From the NCBI GenBank assembly GCA_048538215.1, contig JBLYPV010000001.1:11495-75494 (forward strand): a stretch of DNA of 64,000 bases, in the 5' to 3' direction. The DNA is from Patescibacteria group bacterium (GTDB lineage Bacteria; Patescibacteriota; Minisyncoccia; Phycocordibacterales; GCA-2747955). The number at the start of each line of letters is the position of its first letter. Within the stretch, counting starts at the first letter, position 1. Below are positions 49,782 through 59,369 of the stretch, piece after piece. Under the pieces are notes generated by a model. It was not told the DNA's origin. It did not search any database and saw only the letters and a program-made list of their open reading frames with translations. A program made the translations under genes and the position numbers.

Positions 49782-51167
49782 ATGACGCAAGGCGAATCCT
49801 GGTATACCCCCCATATTAAGGGTAAGAAAATTCTCAAAATGGGTCTCGGGCCACTTGGGCGATCATACGGTGACATTATATTCTTGGCACAAAATGGCGC
49901 TGAACTTATCGTCACTGATTTACGAGATGGTGATGATGTGCAAGACTCGGTAAAGCGGATTAAGTCTGAGCTTACTGCAGTAGAATGTAAGCGGATTAAT
50001 TGGGTTTTGGGAAGGCATCGTAAAAAAGATTTTCAAACAGCTGATATTGTTTTGCGTGCTCCTAATGCGCCTTATGATAGCCCCTACATTGAAGCAGTCC
50101 ACAGTAAGGGAAAAGTGGCCTATTCTTCGGCAGCGTGGCTTTGTGAGCTTGTTCGCAAGCAATTTGGTGATGAAGTAATCACCATTGGCGTTACGGGCAG
50201 TAAGGGCAAATCTACAGTCACTGGAGCAATTGAATTTATGCTCAAACAATCAGATAGGCGATTTCATTTAGCAGGCAATGTGCGAGGAATTGCTAATCTT
50301 CCTGTTTTGGCGAAAGTAAAAAGGGGAGACATTATTCTTATGGAGCTCGATTCTTGGCAGTTACAAGGATTTGGTGACGCACATATTTCACCTGATATCG
50401 CTGTATTTACTAATTTTTTCCCTGACCATATGGATTACTACAAAGGGTCAATGAAGCGCTATTTTAAAGATAAGGCAAATATTTTTCGCTATCAAAAACA
50501 CCCATGTGTTTTTGCCTCAAGGCAAGCAAAAGGACAAATTAAAGAGTATGGTCGTAGTAATGATATTGAGCGGATACGGAGTGTGACCAAGCAATCATTA
50601 CCAGATGACTGGAATTTTGCTCTCTTTGGTGATCATAATTTACGCAATTTGGCTTTAGTGTATGCGGTAGGGCAATATTTAGAGCTTGATGAAGCAGTTG
50701 TTAAAAAGGGAGTGGAGCATTTTGGTGGTGTGCCAGGGCGTATGGAATACTTGGGAAAGTATGCCGGTAGGGAATTTTGGAATGATAATAATTCCACTAA
50801 TCCAATATCGACTGCTCTTTCGCTTGAGGCACTTTCTAATCATTATGCTAAGCGTCTTATCTGGTGGGGAGGTGGGGCAGATAAAAAATCTGAGTATGAT
50901 GAATTAGCTCGTATGGTAAAAAAATATAGTAAATTACAAATTCTTTTTCCAGGCAGTGGCACTGATATATTGATAGACAAGCTGTATGCTGATGAATACC
51001 ATCGAGCTGACAGTATTCAAGAAGCACTTGAGATTATTAAGAAAGAAAGCAGGCGAGGTGATGTAATACTTTTTTCTCCAGGCTGCGCCTCATTCGGTAT
51101 GTTTGCTAATGAGTATGATAGAAATGATCAAGTGGTTCGAGCAATTAGAAATTTTGACAAGAAGTAG
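49782..51167 (+). CDS. murD: UDP-N-acetylmuramoyl-L-alanine--D-glutamate ligase (Mur ligase family). The ORF-track start at 49698 is less likely.
   Basis: Mur ligase P-loop GVTGSKGKSTV. The N-terminal Rossmann-like domain and its position next to murC favour MurD. I chose the start at MTQGESWY… because 49698 overlaps a tRNA-flanking repeat. Confidence 0.65.
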   Translation: MTQGESWYTPHIKGKKILKMGLGPLGRSYGDIIFLAQNGAELIVTDLRDGDDVQDSVKRIKSELTAVECKRINWVLGRHRKKDFQTADIVLRAPNAPYDSPYIEAVHSKGKVAYSSAAWLCELVRKQFGDEVITIGVTGSKGKSTVTGAIEFMLKQSDRRFHLAGNVRGIANLPVLAKVKRGDIILMELDSWQLQGFGDAHISPDIAVFTNFFPDHMDYYKGSMKRYFKDKANIFRYQKHPCVFASRQAKGQIKEYGRSNDIERIRSVTKQSLPDDWNFALFGDHNLRNLALVYAVGQYLELDEAVVKKGVEHFGGVPGRMEYLGKYAGREFWNDNNSTNPISTALSLEALSNHYAKRLIWWGGGADKKSEYDELARMVKKYSKLQILFPGSGTDILIDKLYADEYHRADSIQEALEIIKKESRRGDVILFSPGCASFGMFANEYDRNDQVVRAIRNFDKK

Positions 51168-51179
51168 TAGAATAAAAGT

Positions 51180-52487
51180 ATGAAGTCAGTATATCTTGTA
51201 GGCATAGCTGGGGCAGGAATGTCGGGATTAGCCCGGTACTTTCATCACCATAAATATGCGGTCTATGGTACGGATACTCAATTAGGAGAAAAGAGTAAAG
51301 TATTAGAAAAAGAAATTAGAGCTACTATCGCAGCAAATCATAGTGGGGATAATATCCCCAGCCATTGTGAGCTTGTTATCCATACACCTGCTGTGGATAA
51401 ATCAAATCCAGAGCTTCAGTATGCTCGTGAGCACAATATTCCCGTTTATTCTTATCCTGAATATTTAGGCATTATTTCCAAGCAGTATACTACTATTGCA
51501 GTAGCTGGTACTAATGGCAAGACCACCACTACGGCGATGATCGCTACGGTACTTGATGAGCTGGGGCTCGATCCTACAGTAATTGTGGGAGGAGAAATGC
51601 CACGATTCGGCTCGAATTTTAGGGCTGGTAAAGGCAAGTATTTTGTAGTCGAAGCATGTGAATACAAAGAATCTTTTCTTCATCTCTCTCCTGATATTTT
51701 AGTGCTCACGAATGTTACTCCAGACCATCTAGATTATTTTGGTAGCACGGAAGCTTATTATGAAGTATTTCGATCTCTTATAGATCGCATATCAAAGAAG
51801 GGGACACTGGTCGCTAATTTTAGTGATACACATCTAGATACGCTATTCCAACGAGCGCACGCTCGTGGAATAAATATTATTAATTACGCTCCTTATACCT
51901 TTAATGATTGGCATCTCTCAATTCCTGGCTCTTATAATGTGAGTAATGCTGCAGCTGCTTTGGCAGGGAGTATTCAGCTGGGGCTTGATGCAGGCAAAGT
52001 ACAGAAAATAATCGAAAAAGATTTTCAGGCTCCGCGTCGTCGATTTGAATATTTGGGTACGACTACAACGGGGGCAGCTATCTATGACGATTATGCTCAT
52101 AATCCAGAAGCAATTGAGCTTCTGATTGAGGGGATAAGAGATCGATACGATCGAGAGAAAATTGTGATGGTATTCCAACCGCATTTGTATTCACGCACCC
52201 AGGATTTTTTTGACGAATTCGCACAAGCACTCAAGGAAGTAGATACACTATATCTCTTACCTATTTATGGCGCCCGTGAGCAATCACAAGATTTTAATGT
52301 CTCTTCCGAGAAACTTGCGCAAGCGATTCGTGATACGGGAAGAGATGTCGAAGTATTTTTTTGTGAGGATATACCCACCTGCATTACGCGCATCGAAGAA
52401 GCTGGATATAGTAAAGAAAATATCCTTATTTGTACTGGAGCTGGAGAGGCAAACAAGGTGGGTAATGCTCTGGCACAGAGAGAATAA
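51180..52487 (+). CDS. murC: UDP-N-acetylmuramate--L-alanine ligase
   Basis: IAVAGTNGKTTTTAMIATVL P-loop, and the MurC-type N-terminus (VYLVGIAGAGMSGLA). Confidence 0.85.
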   Translation: MKSVYLVGIAGAGMSGLARYFHHHKYAVYGTDTQLGEKSKVLEKEIRATIAANHSGDNIPSHCELVIHTPAVDKSNPELQYAREHNIPVYSYPEYLGIISKQYTTIAVAGTNGKTTTTAMIATVLDELGLDPTVIVGGEMPRFGSNFRAGKGKYFVVEACEYKESFLHLSPDILVLTNVTPDHLDYFGSTEAYYEVFRSLIDRISKKGTLVANFSDTHLDTLFQRAHARGINIINYAPYTFNDWHLSIPGSYNVSNAAAALAGSIQLGLDAGKVQKIIEKDFQAPRRRFEYLGTTTTGAAIYDDYAHNPEAIELLIEGIRDRYDREKIVMVFQPHLYSRTQDFFDEFAQALKEVDTLYLLPIYGAREQSQDFNVSSEKLAQAIRDTGRDVEVFFCEDIPTCITRIEEAGYSKENILICTGAGEANKVGNALAQRE

Positions 52488-52492
52488 TATTT

Positions 52493-53101
52493 ATGGATGA
52501 TAGAGAGATATTAGAGGAAGTAGCACGCATTAAATACCTTTATAAAATGAAGGGGGTATTTCGCTATGGCCAAGATCGTGACCCTTGGCAACGAGCTGAA
52601 TCAAATGCAGAACACTTGTATGGGATGATGATCTTAGTAAATTATTTTCTCCCTCTTGAAGATCAAGAAGCTAAGCTTGATCGACAAAGGATTTTTGATC
52701 TAATTCTCGTGCATGATATTGATGAGATAGAAAATGGTGATATTATCAGCTACAAAAAAACAGAAAAAGATAGGGAACAAGAGCGATTGGCTTTACAAGT
52801 CGCTCTAGAAAAAGTACCGAGTAATCTAGCAATTGATATTAAAGCGCTTTCGAATGAATATGAAGCACAAGATACTCCCGAAGCACGATTTACCAAGGCG
52901 ATTGACAAAATAGAGCCTCTATTTGAAGTATTTGATAAGTATGGCAAGCACATAATGGTCGCAAATAAAACTACTTACGAGCAGGCGATGCAGGACAAAG
53001 AAGAGTATTTAGAAAATTATCCTGTGATGATGAAGTATTTACACGTTTTGGCTCAAGAGATGCGCTCACGAGGCTATTTTTATGACAAGAGTAATACATA
53101 A
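52493..53101 (+). CDS. HD-domain phosphohydrolase (YfbR-like 5'-deoxynucleotidase family)
   Basis: H…HD metal motif (LILVHDIDEIENGD) in a ~200-aa HD_3-type protein. Confidence 0.6.
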   Translation: MDDREILEEVARIKYLYKMKGVFRYGQDRDPWQRAESNAEHLYGMMILVNYFLPLEDQEAKLDRQRIFDLILVHDIDEIENGDIISYKKTEKDREQERLALQVALEKVPSNLAIDIKALSNEYEAQDTPEARFTKAIDKIEPLFEVFDKYGKHIMVANKTTYEQAMQDKEEYLENYPVMMKYLHVLAQEMRSRGYFYDKSNT

Positions 53102-53426
53102 ACAATTTGGGCCAAGCTTTGCCGAGCGGGTATTGCAAGGGGCGCTTGCGATACCTTTTGGGAGAGTATGCACCTATGGACACTTGGCACGCCAAGCTGG
53201 GGGTAGTGGGCAGGCAGCACGGAGCGTGAGCGCCATTTTGGCAAAATATGAACAGAAAAATTCTGATCTAGATATTCCCTGGCATCGAATAGTGTATGCT
53301 GATGGAAGAGTGTGGCTTGGAGAGAAAGAAAAGATACGTCGTAAGCAGTATAAGGCAGAGGGAATTGAGATAGATAAAAAAGGAAAGATTATTAATTTTT
53401 ATGATATTTTATTTACTTTTGATTGA
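53082..53426 (+). CDS. Alkyltransferase-like (ATL) protein, an MGMT DNA-binding domain with Trp in place of the acceptor Cys
   Basis: …DIPWHRIVYADGRV… carries the PWHR motif where O6-alkylguanine transferases have PCHR. The helix-turn-helix region (FGRVCTYGHLARQAG) is present. Confidence 0.7.
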   Translation: MTRVIHKQFGPSFAERVLQGALAIPFGRVCTYGHLARQAGGSGQAARSVSAILAKYEQKNSDLDIPWHRIVYADGRVWLGEKEKIRRKQYKAEGIEIDKKGKIINFYDILFTFD

Positions 53427-53476
53427 GAAGTGATATAGTATTTTTTAATCGCACTTAAAAAAGAAGAGGTGATATT

Positions 53477-54133
53477 ATGTTTCATAGACATAGTCTGCCA
53501 GACAGAGCTACTGTCTTGAGTACAGTGGAAAGTTTGCGTAATTTATATGCTCTTAGGCGAGTTGTTCGTTGGGGGAATAATCGTCTTGAATCTGTCAGGA
53601 TTGAGTCAGTAACAGAGCACACATTCAATACTTCACCATTAGCAGACCTTTTTTATCATCTTGATCCGGAGGTACAAGGGATTGATTTGGGACGAGTGCA
53701 TACCTTGCTTCGGTATCATGATTTTGCTGAAGTTGGAGCAGAGGGGGACATCCCACAAACAAAAAAGAATGATGCTCTTGAGCTCTCGTCTCTTGATGAG
53801 CTAGAAAGAATTATGGCTAATCATCCCCTACCGCTTCGCAAGTATATTAGAGAGGCAGTAGAAGAATTTGATAAAGCAGAAAGCAGAGAAGCACAATTTG
53901 CCTTAGCCTGTGACAAGCTAGAACCAAGTTTTGAGCTTTATTTTCATGGGGTCGAACGAGTGCTCCCACCTATGTCGCGGTGTATACCAGAAAATGCATG
54001 GCATGGTTGGACAAGTACCGCTCGTATTCGTGCAACAGGAAAATTTCCAGTGATGCATCATTATGGAAACATTCTTGCCCAGGAAATTGAGAAAAAAATA
54101 GAAGCTTATCGCCGGTCTTTTGCAGTAGAGTAG
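53477..54133 (+). CDS. HD-domain phosphohydrolase, paralog of 52493..53101
   Basis: LLRYHDFAEVGAEGD HD motif and a similar size. It flanks the ATL gene on the other side. Confidence 0.55.
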   Translation: MFHRHSLPDRATVLSTVESLRNLYALRRVVRWGNNRLESVRIESVTEHTFNTSPLADLFYHLDPEVQGIDLGRVHTLLRYHDFAEVGAEGDIPQTKKNDALELSSLDELERIMANHPLPLRKYIREAVEEFDKAESREAQFALACDKLEPSFELYFHGVERVLPPMSRCIPENAWHGWTSTARIRATGKFPVMHHYGNILAQEIEKKIEAYRRSFAVE

Positions 54134-54290
54134 CCCCAGCCGCTCTATAGCTGAAGAAGATCATTAATGTGCACGTAAAGTTGTCGCCCGGGGTTTGTTT
54201 AGAATTCCGGGCGTTTTTTGATATATTTTCTCGATGTATTAATTTTTAATGTATTAATCCTATAATCAATATTTTATTTTTCGTAAATTC

Positions 54291-54330
54291 AATTCTTCAC
54301 TAGTGCACGGCCGTGCACTAGTGAAGAATT
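54291..54330. promoter_or_regulatory. 40-bp perfect palindrome aattcttcactagtgcacgg|ccgtgcactagtgaagaatt
   Basis: Seen directly. The core cactagtgcacggccgtgcactagtg is repeated exactly at 54944-54969. It overlaps the annotated 5' end of the downstream regulator ORF. Confidence 0.7.
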
Positions 54331-54335
54331 ATGTT

Positions 54336-54917
54336 ATGGTTGAATATATGGAATCAAGACGTATACAAGAAATAAAATTGGAACGGCTAGGAGACCGAGC
54401 ACTAGCACTTCTGAGTGTATTTATAAAAGGTTCTCTAATAGCCTCAGCAGAAGTTGCAGATTTTGCATTTGAAGTGTTTCGATATAAATCAATGAATGAG
54501 GTAGTGTATCCATCCGAAGTTAAGGCTATTACTGATAGATTAAAACGATCTGGGCTCATAAGTGGGAATGATAAATCTGGCTATAAGATTACTAAGCGTG
54601 GACATTGGGAGCTTGCTCGTCATCGCTATAAAGATAATCCTGAAAATCATATTCCAGAAAAATGGGATAGAAAATGGCGAGTAGTAATATTTGATGTTCC
54701 CGAAATGGCACATAAATATCGTGATATTTTACGTCGGGCAATAGCTGGATATGGGATGTATCAGCTTCAGCAAAGCGTGTGGGTATATCCATATCGATGC
54801 GAAGAATTTATTCGTTCGATCAAAGAGGATATTGGATTTAAATCAGAAGTATTATATATGTTGGTAGATAAAATAGACCATCAAAAAGAATTAGAACGAG
54901 AATTTAATTTACTATAG
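54336..54917 (+). CDS. PaaX-like transcriptional regulator (wHTH N-domain + WDxKW middle domain). The start is at 54336 or 54348.
   Basis: N-terminal winged-helix-like region. The WDRKWRVVIFDVPEMAHKYRDILRRAIAGYGMYQLQQSVWVYP segment parallels the PaaX WDGKWLLLL…QGFG… middle domain, recalled from memory. The ORF-track start at 54303 lies inside the palindrome and is unlikely. Confidence 0.5.
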   Translation: MVEYMESRRIQEIKLERLGDRALALLSVFIKGSLIASAEVADFAFEVFRYKSMNEVVYPSEVKAITDRLKRSGLISGNDKSGYKITKRGHWELARHRYKDNPENHIPEKWDRKWRVVIFDVPEMAHKYRDILRRAIAGYGMYQLQQSVWVYPYRCEEFIRSIKEDIGFKSEVLYMLVDKIDHQKELEREFNLL

Positions 54918-54939
54918 GGACGGAGGCAAAATAAAATAT

Positions 54940-54973
54940 TCCCCACTAGTGCACGGCCGTGCACTAGTGGGGA
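54940..54973. promoter_or_regulatory. Second copy of the palindrome (tccccactagtgcacggccgtgcactagtgggga)
   Basis: The 26-bp core is identical to that at 54291-54330. The outer arms differ (ttcttc/gaagaa versus cccc/gggg) but stay self-complementary. Confidence 0.7.
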
Positions 54974-55084
54974 GGGTGTCTTAGGGGTGATTGTGAGTGA
55001 TTATATAGGAGTTAGGCTTATAAATATTATGATTCTTTGGGGAGATTTTGATATACTGGATATATAGTATTAAGAGCAGATGAT

Positions 55085-55972
55085 ATGGAATTAAACCTTC
55101 GTAGTAAAAAAGAAATTCAATTGGATATTGATGCAGTCGAGGCTCAAATGGGCAGCCCAGATTTTTGGGCTGAGCCTAGTCGAGCACAAGAGGTAATCGC
55201 CCAACTTGAAGGACTTAAGGCAGAGCTTGAGACGGGTGACAGATATGGAGTGGGGCCTGCTAGCGTATCTATCTATGCAGGAGCAGGGGGAGAAGATAGT
55301 GAAGATTTTGTACGAATTCTCTCACAGATGTATCAGGGATTTGCCGACAAAGAGGGCTATAAAATAGATTTTCTTGATGAAGCTTCTAACGATACCAATG
55401 GCTATAAGCGAATTGCTTTCAAAATCAGTGGCTTAGGGGCATATGGCAAGCTCAAGGGGGAAGACGGAGTGCATCGCTTGGTACGCAAAAGTCCTTTTAA
55501 TGCTAAATCAAAGCGACATACTTCGTTTGCACTTGTAGATATTGATCCAGAGATTAAAGCGCAAGAATTCTCTCTTGATGAATCAGAGCTTGAAATAAGC
55601 TATACCAAATCGGGTGGGGCTGGCGGACAAAATGTAAACAAGCGTGAGACCGCTGTGCGTATTACACATCCCAAAACAGGTATTTCTGCGCATGTATCAT
55701 CTGAACGTTCTCAGCATCAGAACAAAGAGCTTGCTCTCGAGCTTATTCGTGCCAAGCTTTATAAAAAGCATCTTGGGGATGAAGAAAAGCGACTGCTCGG
55801 CCATACACCAGAAGAACAAATTCGTATTGAATGGGGTAATCAGATCAGAAGCTATATCTTTGATCCTTATCAGATGATTAAGGATCATCGGCTTGGCATA
55901 GATGTGCATCAGATTGATAAAGTATTAGGTGGTGATTTGCATTATTTTTATCAAGCCATCAAGCAAGAATAA
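55085..55972 (+). CDS. prfB: Peptide chain release factor 2 (compact, 295 aa, no programmed frameshift)
   Basis: SPF tripeptide (LVRKSPFNAK), GGQ (SGGAGGQNVNKRETAVRITH). It aligns to E. coli RF2 but lacks ~25 N-terminal aa and ~45 aa of domain 1. There is no CUU UGA site upstream. Confidence 0.8.
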   Translation: MELNLRSKKEIQLDIDAVEAQMGSPDFWAEPSRAQEVIAQLEGLKAELETGDRYGVGPASVSIYAGAGGEDSEDFVRILSQMYQGFADKEGYKIDFLDEASNDTNGYKRIAFKISGLGAYGKLKGEDGVHRLVRKSPFNAKSKRHTSFALVDIDPEIKAQEFSLDESELEISYTKSGGAGGQNVNKRETAVRITHPKTGISAHVSSERSQHQNKELALELIRAKLYKKHLGDEEKRLLGHTPEEQIRIEWGNQIRSYIFDPYQMIKDHRLGIDVHQIDKVLGGDLHYFYQAIKQE

Positions 55973-56027
55973 TGTGAACAACATCGTAGAGCAGAGCTAA
56001 TTCTGTCTGGTATAATGATGAAGTTGT

Positions 56028-56711
56028 ATGATTTATCTTGATAATGTATCCATTCAATATCGAGCCGGAGATGTCGGACTTCAAGATGTCACCCTCTCTA
56101 TTTCTCAAGGAGAATTTGTCACCGTTATTGGACATAGCGGTGCGGGTAAAACATCTTTGATTAAGGTATTGCTCGCTGAGACGCATCCAAGCTCTGGTAA
56201 GGTATTTTTTGATTCACTTGATTTGGCCACTATTAAGCCAAGCCGACTCAATCAATTTCGTCGCAGAATTGGTGTAGTCTTCCAGGAATTTCGATTACTT
56301 TCAAATAAGACGGTGTATGAAAATGTGGCCTTTGCTATGCAAGCGGCAGGTAAAAGTGATGCGGAGATTGCTGAGGATGTACCTTACGTTTTGCGCTTAG
56401 TGGGCTTATCTGAGAAGGCTACACGATTTCCTCAAGATCTTTCAGGTGGGCAAAAACAGCGAGTCGCAATTGCACGAGCCATTGTCAATCAGCCGGATGT
56501 AGTGATTGCAGATGAGCCTACCGGAAACCTCGATGCGGAAAATACCATTGAGATTATCAATATCTTGCGTAAGATCAACGAGCTTGGGACTACAGTAATT
56601 CTCACTACTCACGATGAATCAATTCTCAAATATGTTGACAAGCGTATCCTCACTATGGATCACGGTAAGATTATCAAAGACGAGCAAAAGGAGAGTGCGT
56701 CACTCAAATAA
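56028..56711 (+). CDS. ftsE: Cell division ABC transporter ATP-binding protein FtsE
   Basis: Walker A GHSGAGKTSL, signature LSGGQKQRVAIARA, Walker B VVIADEPTGNLD. Paired with ftsX. Confidence 0.8.
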   Translation: MIYLDNVSIQYRAGDVGLQDVTLSISQGEFVTVIGHSGAGKTSLIKVLLAETHPSSGKVFFDSLDLATIKPSRLNQFRRRIGVVFQEFRLLSNKTVYENVAFAMQAAGKSDAEIAEDVPYVLRLVGLSEKATRFPQDLSGGQKQRVAIARAIVNQPDVVIADEPTGNLDAENTIEIINILRKINELGTTVILTTHDESILKYVDKRILTMDHGKIIKDEQKESASLK

Positions 56712-56726
56712 ATTAATCAATAGTAT

Positions 56727-57644
56727 ATGTTTACCAATCTCAAGCGCATCATTAAGTCAGGCACCGTTGGTTTTTACCGCAATGTGTCGGTGTCAATTTC
56801 TGCAATTTTAATTATTGCTATCGCTTTATTCACCTTCGCTTCACTTTATATGGGTAGCAAGGTTTTGAGTGCAAGTATTACTCAGCTTGAACAGAAAGTA
56901 GACATCAATGTATATTTTACCCCAGATGCACCAGAGCAAAGTATTCAAGCTATCAAGCGTCAGCTTGAGCGTATCAATCAAGTAAGCTCTGTTGAATATA
57001 TTACTCGTGATGAAGCCCTGGAGCGATTTAAGGCAAGTAACGCTCATAATCAAGAAATCCTTGATTCGCTTGAGGTATTGGAAGATAATCCTCTTGGTGC
57101 GAGCTTTAATATCAGTGCCAAGCAAATTAGCCAATATGGTGAAATTGCGAGCTTCCTCGATGAAGTACAAGTGCAAGATGAATTTGTGGGCTTGATTGAT
57201 ACGGTTAATTATAATCAAAACAAAAAAGCAATTGACAAAATCCGCACCCTCATTGATTACGCTCAGCAATTTGGAGTGGTGCTCGTGATTGTGCTCTCAC
57301 TACTTTCGGTAATTATTGTATACAATACTATCCGTCTCACCATCTATACTGTACGAGAAGAAGTGTCAGTAATGCGCTTGGTAGGTGCAAGTAAATTTTT
57401 TGCTCGTGGACCTTTTGTAATCGAGGGGGTATTTTACGGCATTATGGGAGCAGTCTTAGCCCTTGCGGTCATCGCTCCTGCCTTATACTACGCAGCTCCA
57501 TATCTTGGTCAGGTATTTGTACTTAATATTTTTGATCTTTTCCTTGACGACTTTTGGCTTATTTTTGGCTCTATGCTCGCTATTGGAGTATTTCTCGGGC
57601 TATTATCATCTGTACTAGCTATTCGGCGCTATCTCGATATTTAA
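56727..57644 (+). CDS. ftsX: Cell division permease-like protein FtsX
   Basis: N-terminal TM, large extracytoplasmic loop, C-terminal three TM helices. Immediately downstream of ftsE. Confidence 0.75.
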   Translation: MFTNLKRIIKSGTVGFYRNVSVSISAILIIAIALFTFASLYMGSKVLSASITQLEQKVDINVYFTPDAPEQSIQAIKRQLERINQVSSVEYITRDEALERFKASNAHNQEILDSLEVLEDNPLGASFNISAKQISQYGEIASFLDEVQVQDEFVGLIDTVNYNQNKKAIDKIRTLIDYAQQFGVVLVIVLSLLSVIIVYNTIRLTIYTVREEVSVMRLVGASKFFARGPFVIEGVFYGIMGAVLALAVIAPALYYAAPYLGQVFVLNIFDLFLDDFWLIFGSMLAIGVFLGLLSSVLAIRRYLDI

Positions 57645-57656
57645 TTCCACCTGTGT

Positions 57657-59366
57657 ATGACAGATTCTTCAAGGCAATCATCTAAACAAACCAAGCATAA
57701 TACAAAATATATTTTTGTTGTAGGTGGGGTGATGTCTGGGGTGGGTAAGGGGGTGGCCAGCTCGAGCCTGGGTAAGATTCTCCAATTTCATGGCTTGAAC
57801 GTTTCAGCAATTAAGATTGATCCTTATGTCAACGTAGATGCCGGCACCATGAATCCAACCGAGCATGGAGAGGTCTTTGTGCTGGATGATGGCTATGAGA
57901 CGGATCAAGATATGGGTAATTATGAACGCTTTCTTAATAAATCACTTACGAGCGATAGCTATATGACCACAGGGAGTGTGTATCAAAAAGTAATTGCTGA
58001 TGAACGGGCTCTTAAATATAAAGGTAAATGTGTGGATGTGGTGCCTCATGTCCCACTTTCAATTATTGAACAAATCAAGAGGGCCGCTCGGCTTGAGCAG
58101 GCAGATGTTATGCTTGTAGAGATTGGGGGGACTCTCGGTGAATATCAAAATATTCTTTTTCTGGAGGCTGCGAGAATGATGAAGAATGAGTTTCCCCAGG
58201 ATGTCGCCTACATACTCGTTTCTTATCTACCATCACCACAAAAAGTGGGAGAAATGAAGACAAAGCCCACTCAATATGCAGTGCGTACTATGGCACAATC
58301 TGGCTTGATACCAGATATTATTATTGGGCGTTCGGAGGTGCCTATGGATGCTAAGCGAAAAGAAAAGATTGCTTTTTCTTGCTCAATTAATCCAAAAGAT
58401 GTGATATCCGCACCTGATATCGATAGTATCTATGATGTGCCAGAGAATTTTATGAAAGAGGGTTTGGATGATCGGATTATGGAAAAGCTTGGTATTAAGA
58501 AGACACAATTTCGTACTAATAATAAAGCGATTGACGCATGGAATGATTTTGTAAAGAAAAGCAAAAATGGCTCACAGATTGTAAAAATTGCTATTGTAGG
58601 CAAGTATTTTGATACTGGAGATTTTGTACTTTCTGATGCGTATTTATCAGTAATAGAGGCACTCAAATTTTCTGCATATAAAGTAGGAGTGAAGCCGGAA
58701 CTACACTGGATTAATTCTAAGCATTTTGAAGGCGCTAAGCCAGAAAAGGATGTGGCGGTACTCGCCCATTTTGATGGGGTGCTCGTGCCGGGTGGCTTTG
58801 GACAGACGGGGATTGAGGGAAAAATTAAAGCTATACAATATGCTCGAGAACAAAAAATACCATATTTTGGTATTTGCTATGGGATGCAACTTGCCGCTAT
58901 CGAATATGCACGAAATAAATGTGGTATAAAGGATGCTACCACCTATGAGCTTGATCCCAATCCAGACAATCCCAATTTAGTAGTGACTATTTTGCCGGAA
59001 CAACTTGATAAGATGGAAGCAGGTGACTTTGGAGGTAGTATGCGATTGGGGGCTTATCCTGCAAATATCGTGGAAGGATCGCTCGCAGCTAATTTATACG
59101 GGGATACTAGTGTTAGCGAGCGTCATCGCCATCGCTATGAGCTTAATCCAGATTTTGAGAGCATACTTACCAAAGCAGGAATGCGTGTATCAGGACGGTC
59201 TCCCGATGGACGCTTGCCAGAAATTATTGAGCTAGACAGGAAAGAGCATCCATTTTTTATAGGAGTGCAGTTTCACCCCGAGCTCAAAGCACGACCGCTT
59301 GATCCGCATCCGATTTTTACAGGCTTTGTCAAAGCATGTGCCAAAGGAAAAACTAATACAAAATAA
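57657..59366 (+). CDS. pyrG: CTP synthase
   Basis: N-terminal synthetase domain (KYIFVVGGVMSGVGKG) and a C-terminal glutamine amidotransferase (GICYGMQ, HPE). Confidence 0.92.
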   Translation: MTDSSRQSSKQTKHNTKYIFVVGGVMSGVGKGVASSSLGKILQFHGLNVSAIKIDPYVNVDAGTMNPTEHGEVFVLDDGYETDQDMGNYERFLNKSLTSDSYMTTGSVYQKVIADERALKYKGKCVDVVPHVPLSIIEQIKRAARLEQADVMLVEIGGTLGEYQNILFLEAARMMKNEFPQDVAYILVSYLPSPQKVGEMKTKPTQYAVRTMAQSGLIPDIIIGRSEVPMDAKRKEKIAFSCSINPKDVISAPDIDSIYDVPENFMKEGLDDRIMEKLGIKKTQFRTNNKAIDAWNDFVKKSKNGSQIVKIAIVGKYFDTGDFVLSDAYLSVIEALKFSAYKVGVKPELHWINSKHFEGAKPEKDVAVLAHFDGVLVPGGFGQTGIEGKIKAIQYAREQKIPYFGICYGMQLAAIEYARNKCGIKDATTYELDPNPDNPNLVVTILPEQLDKMEAGDFGGSMRLGAYPANIVEGSLAANLYGDTSVSERHRHRYELNPDFESILTKAGMRVSGRSPDGRLPEIIELDRKEHPFFIGVQFHPELKARPLDPHPIFTGFVKACAKGKTNTK

Positions 59367-59369
59367 TAT

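Noticed and set aside
54303-54335. ORF-track start codon of the PaaX-like gene
   Set aside because: The ATG at 54303 lies inside the 40-bp perfect palindrome. The downstream Met codons at 54336 and 54348 are more plausible starts.
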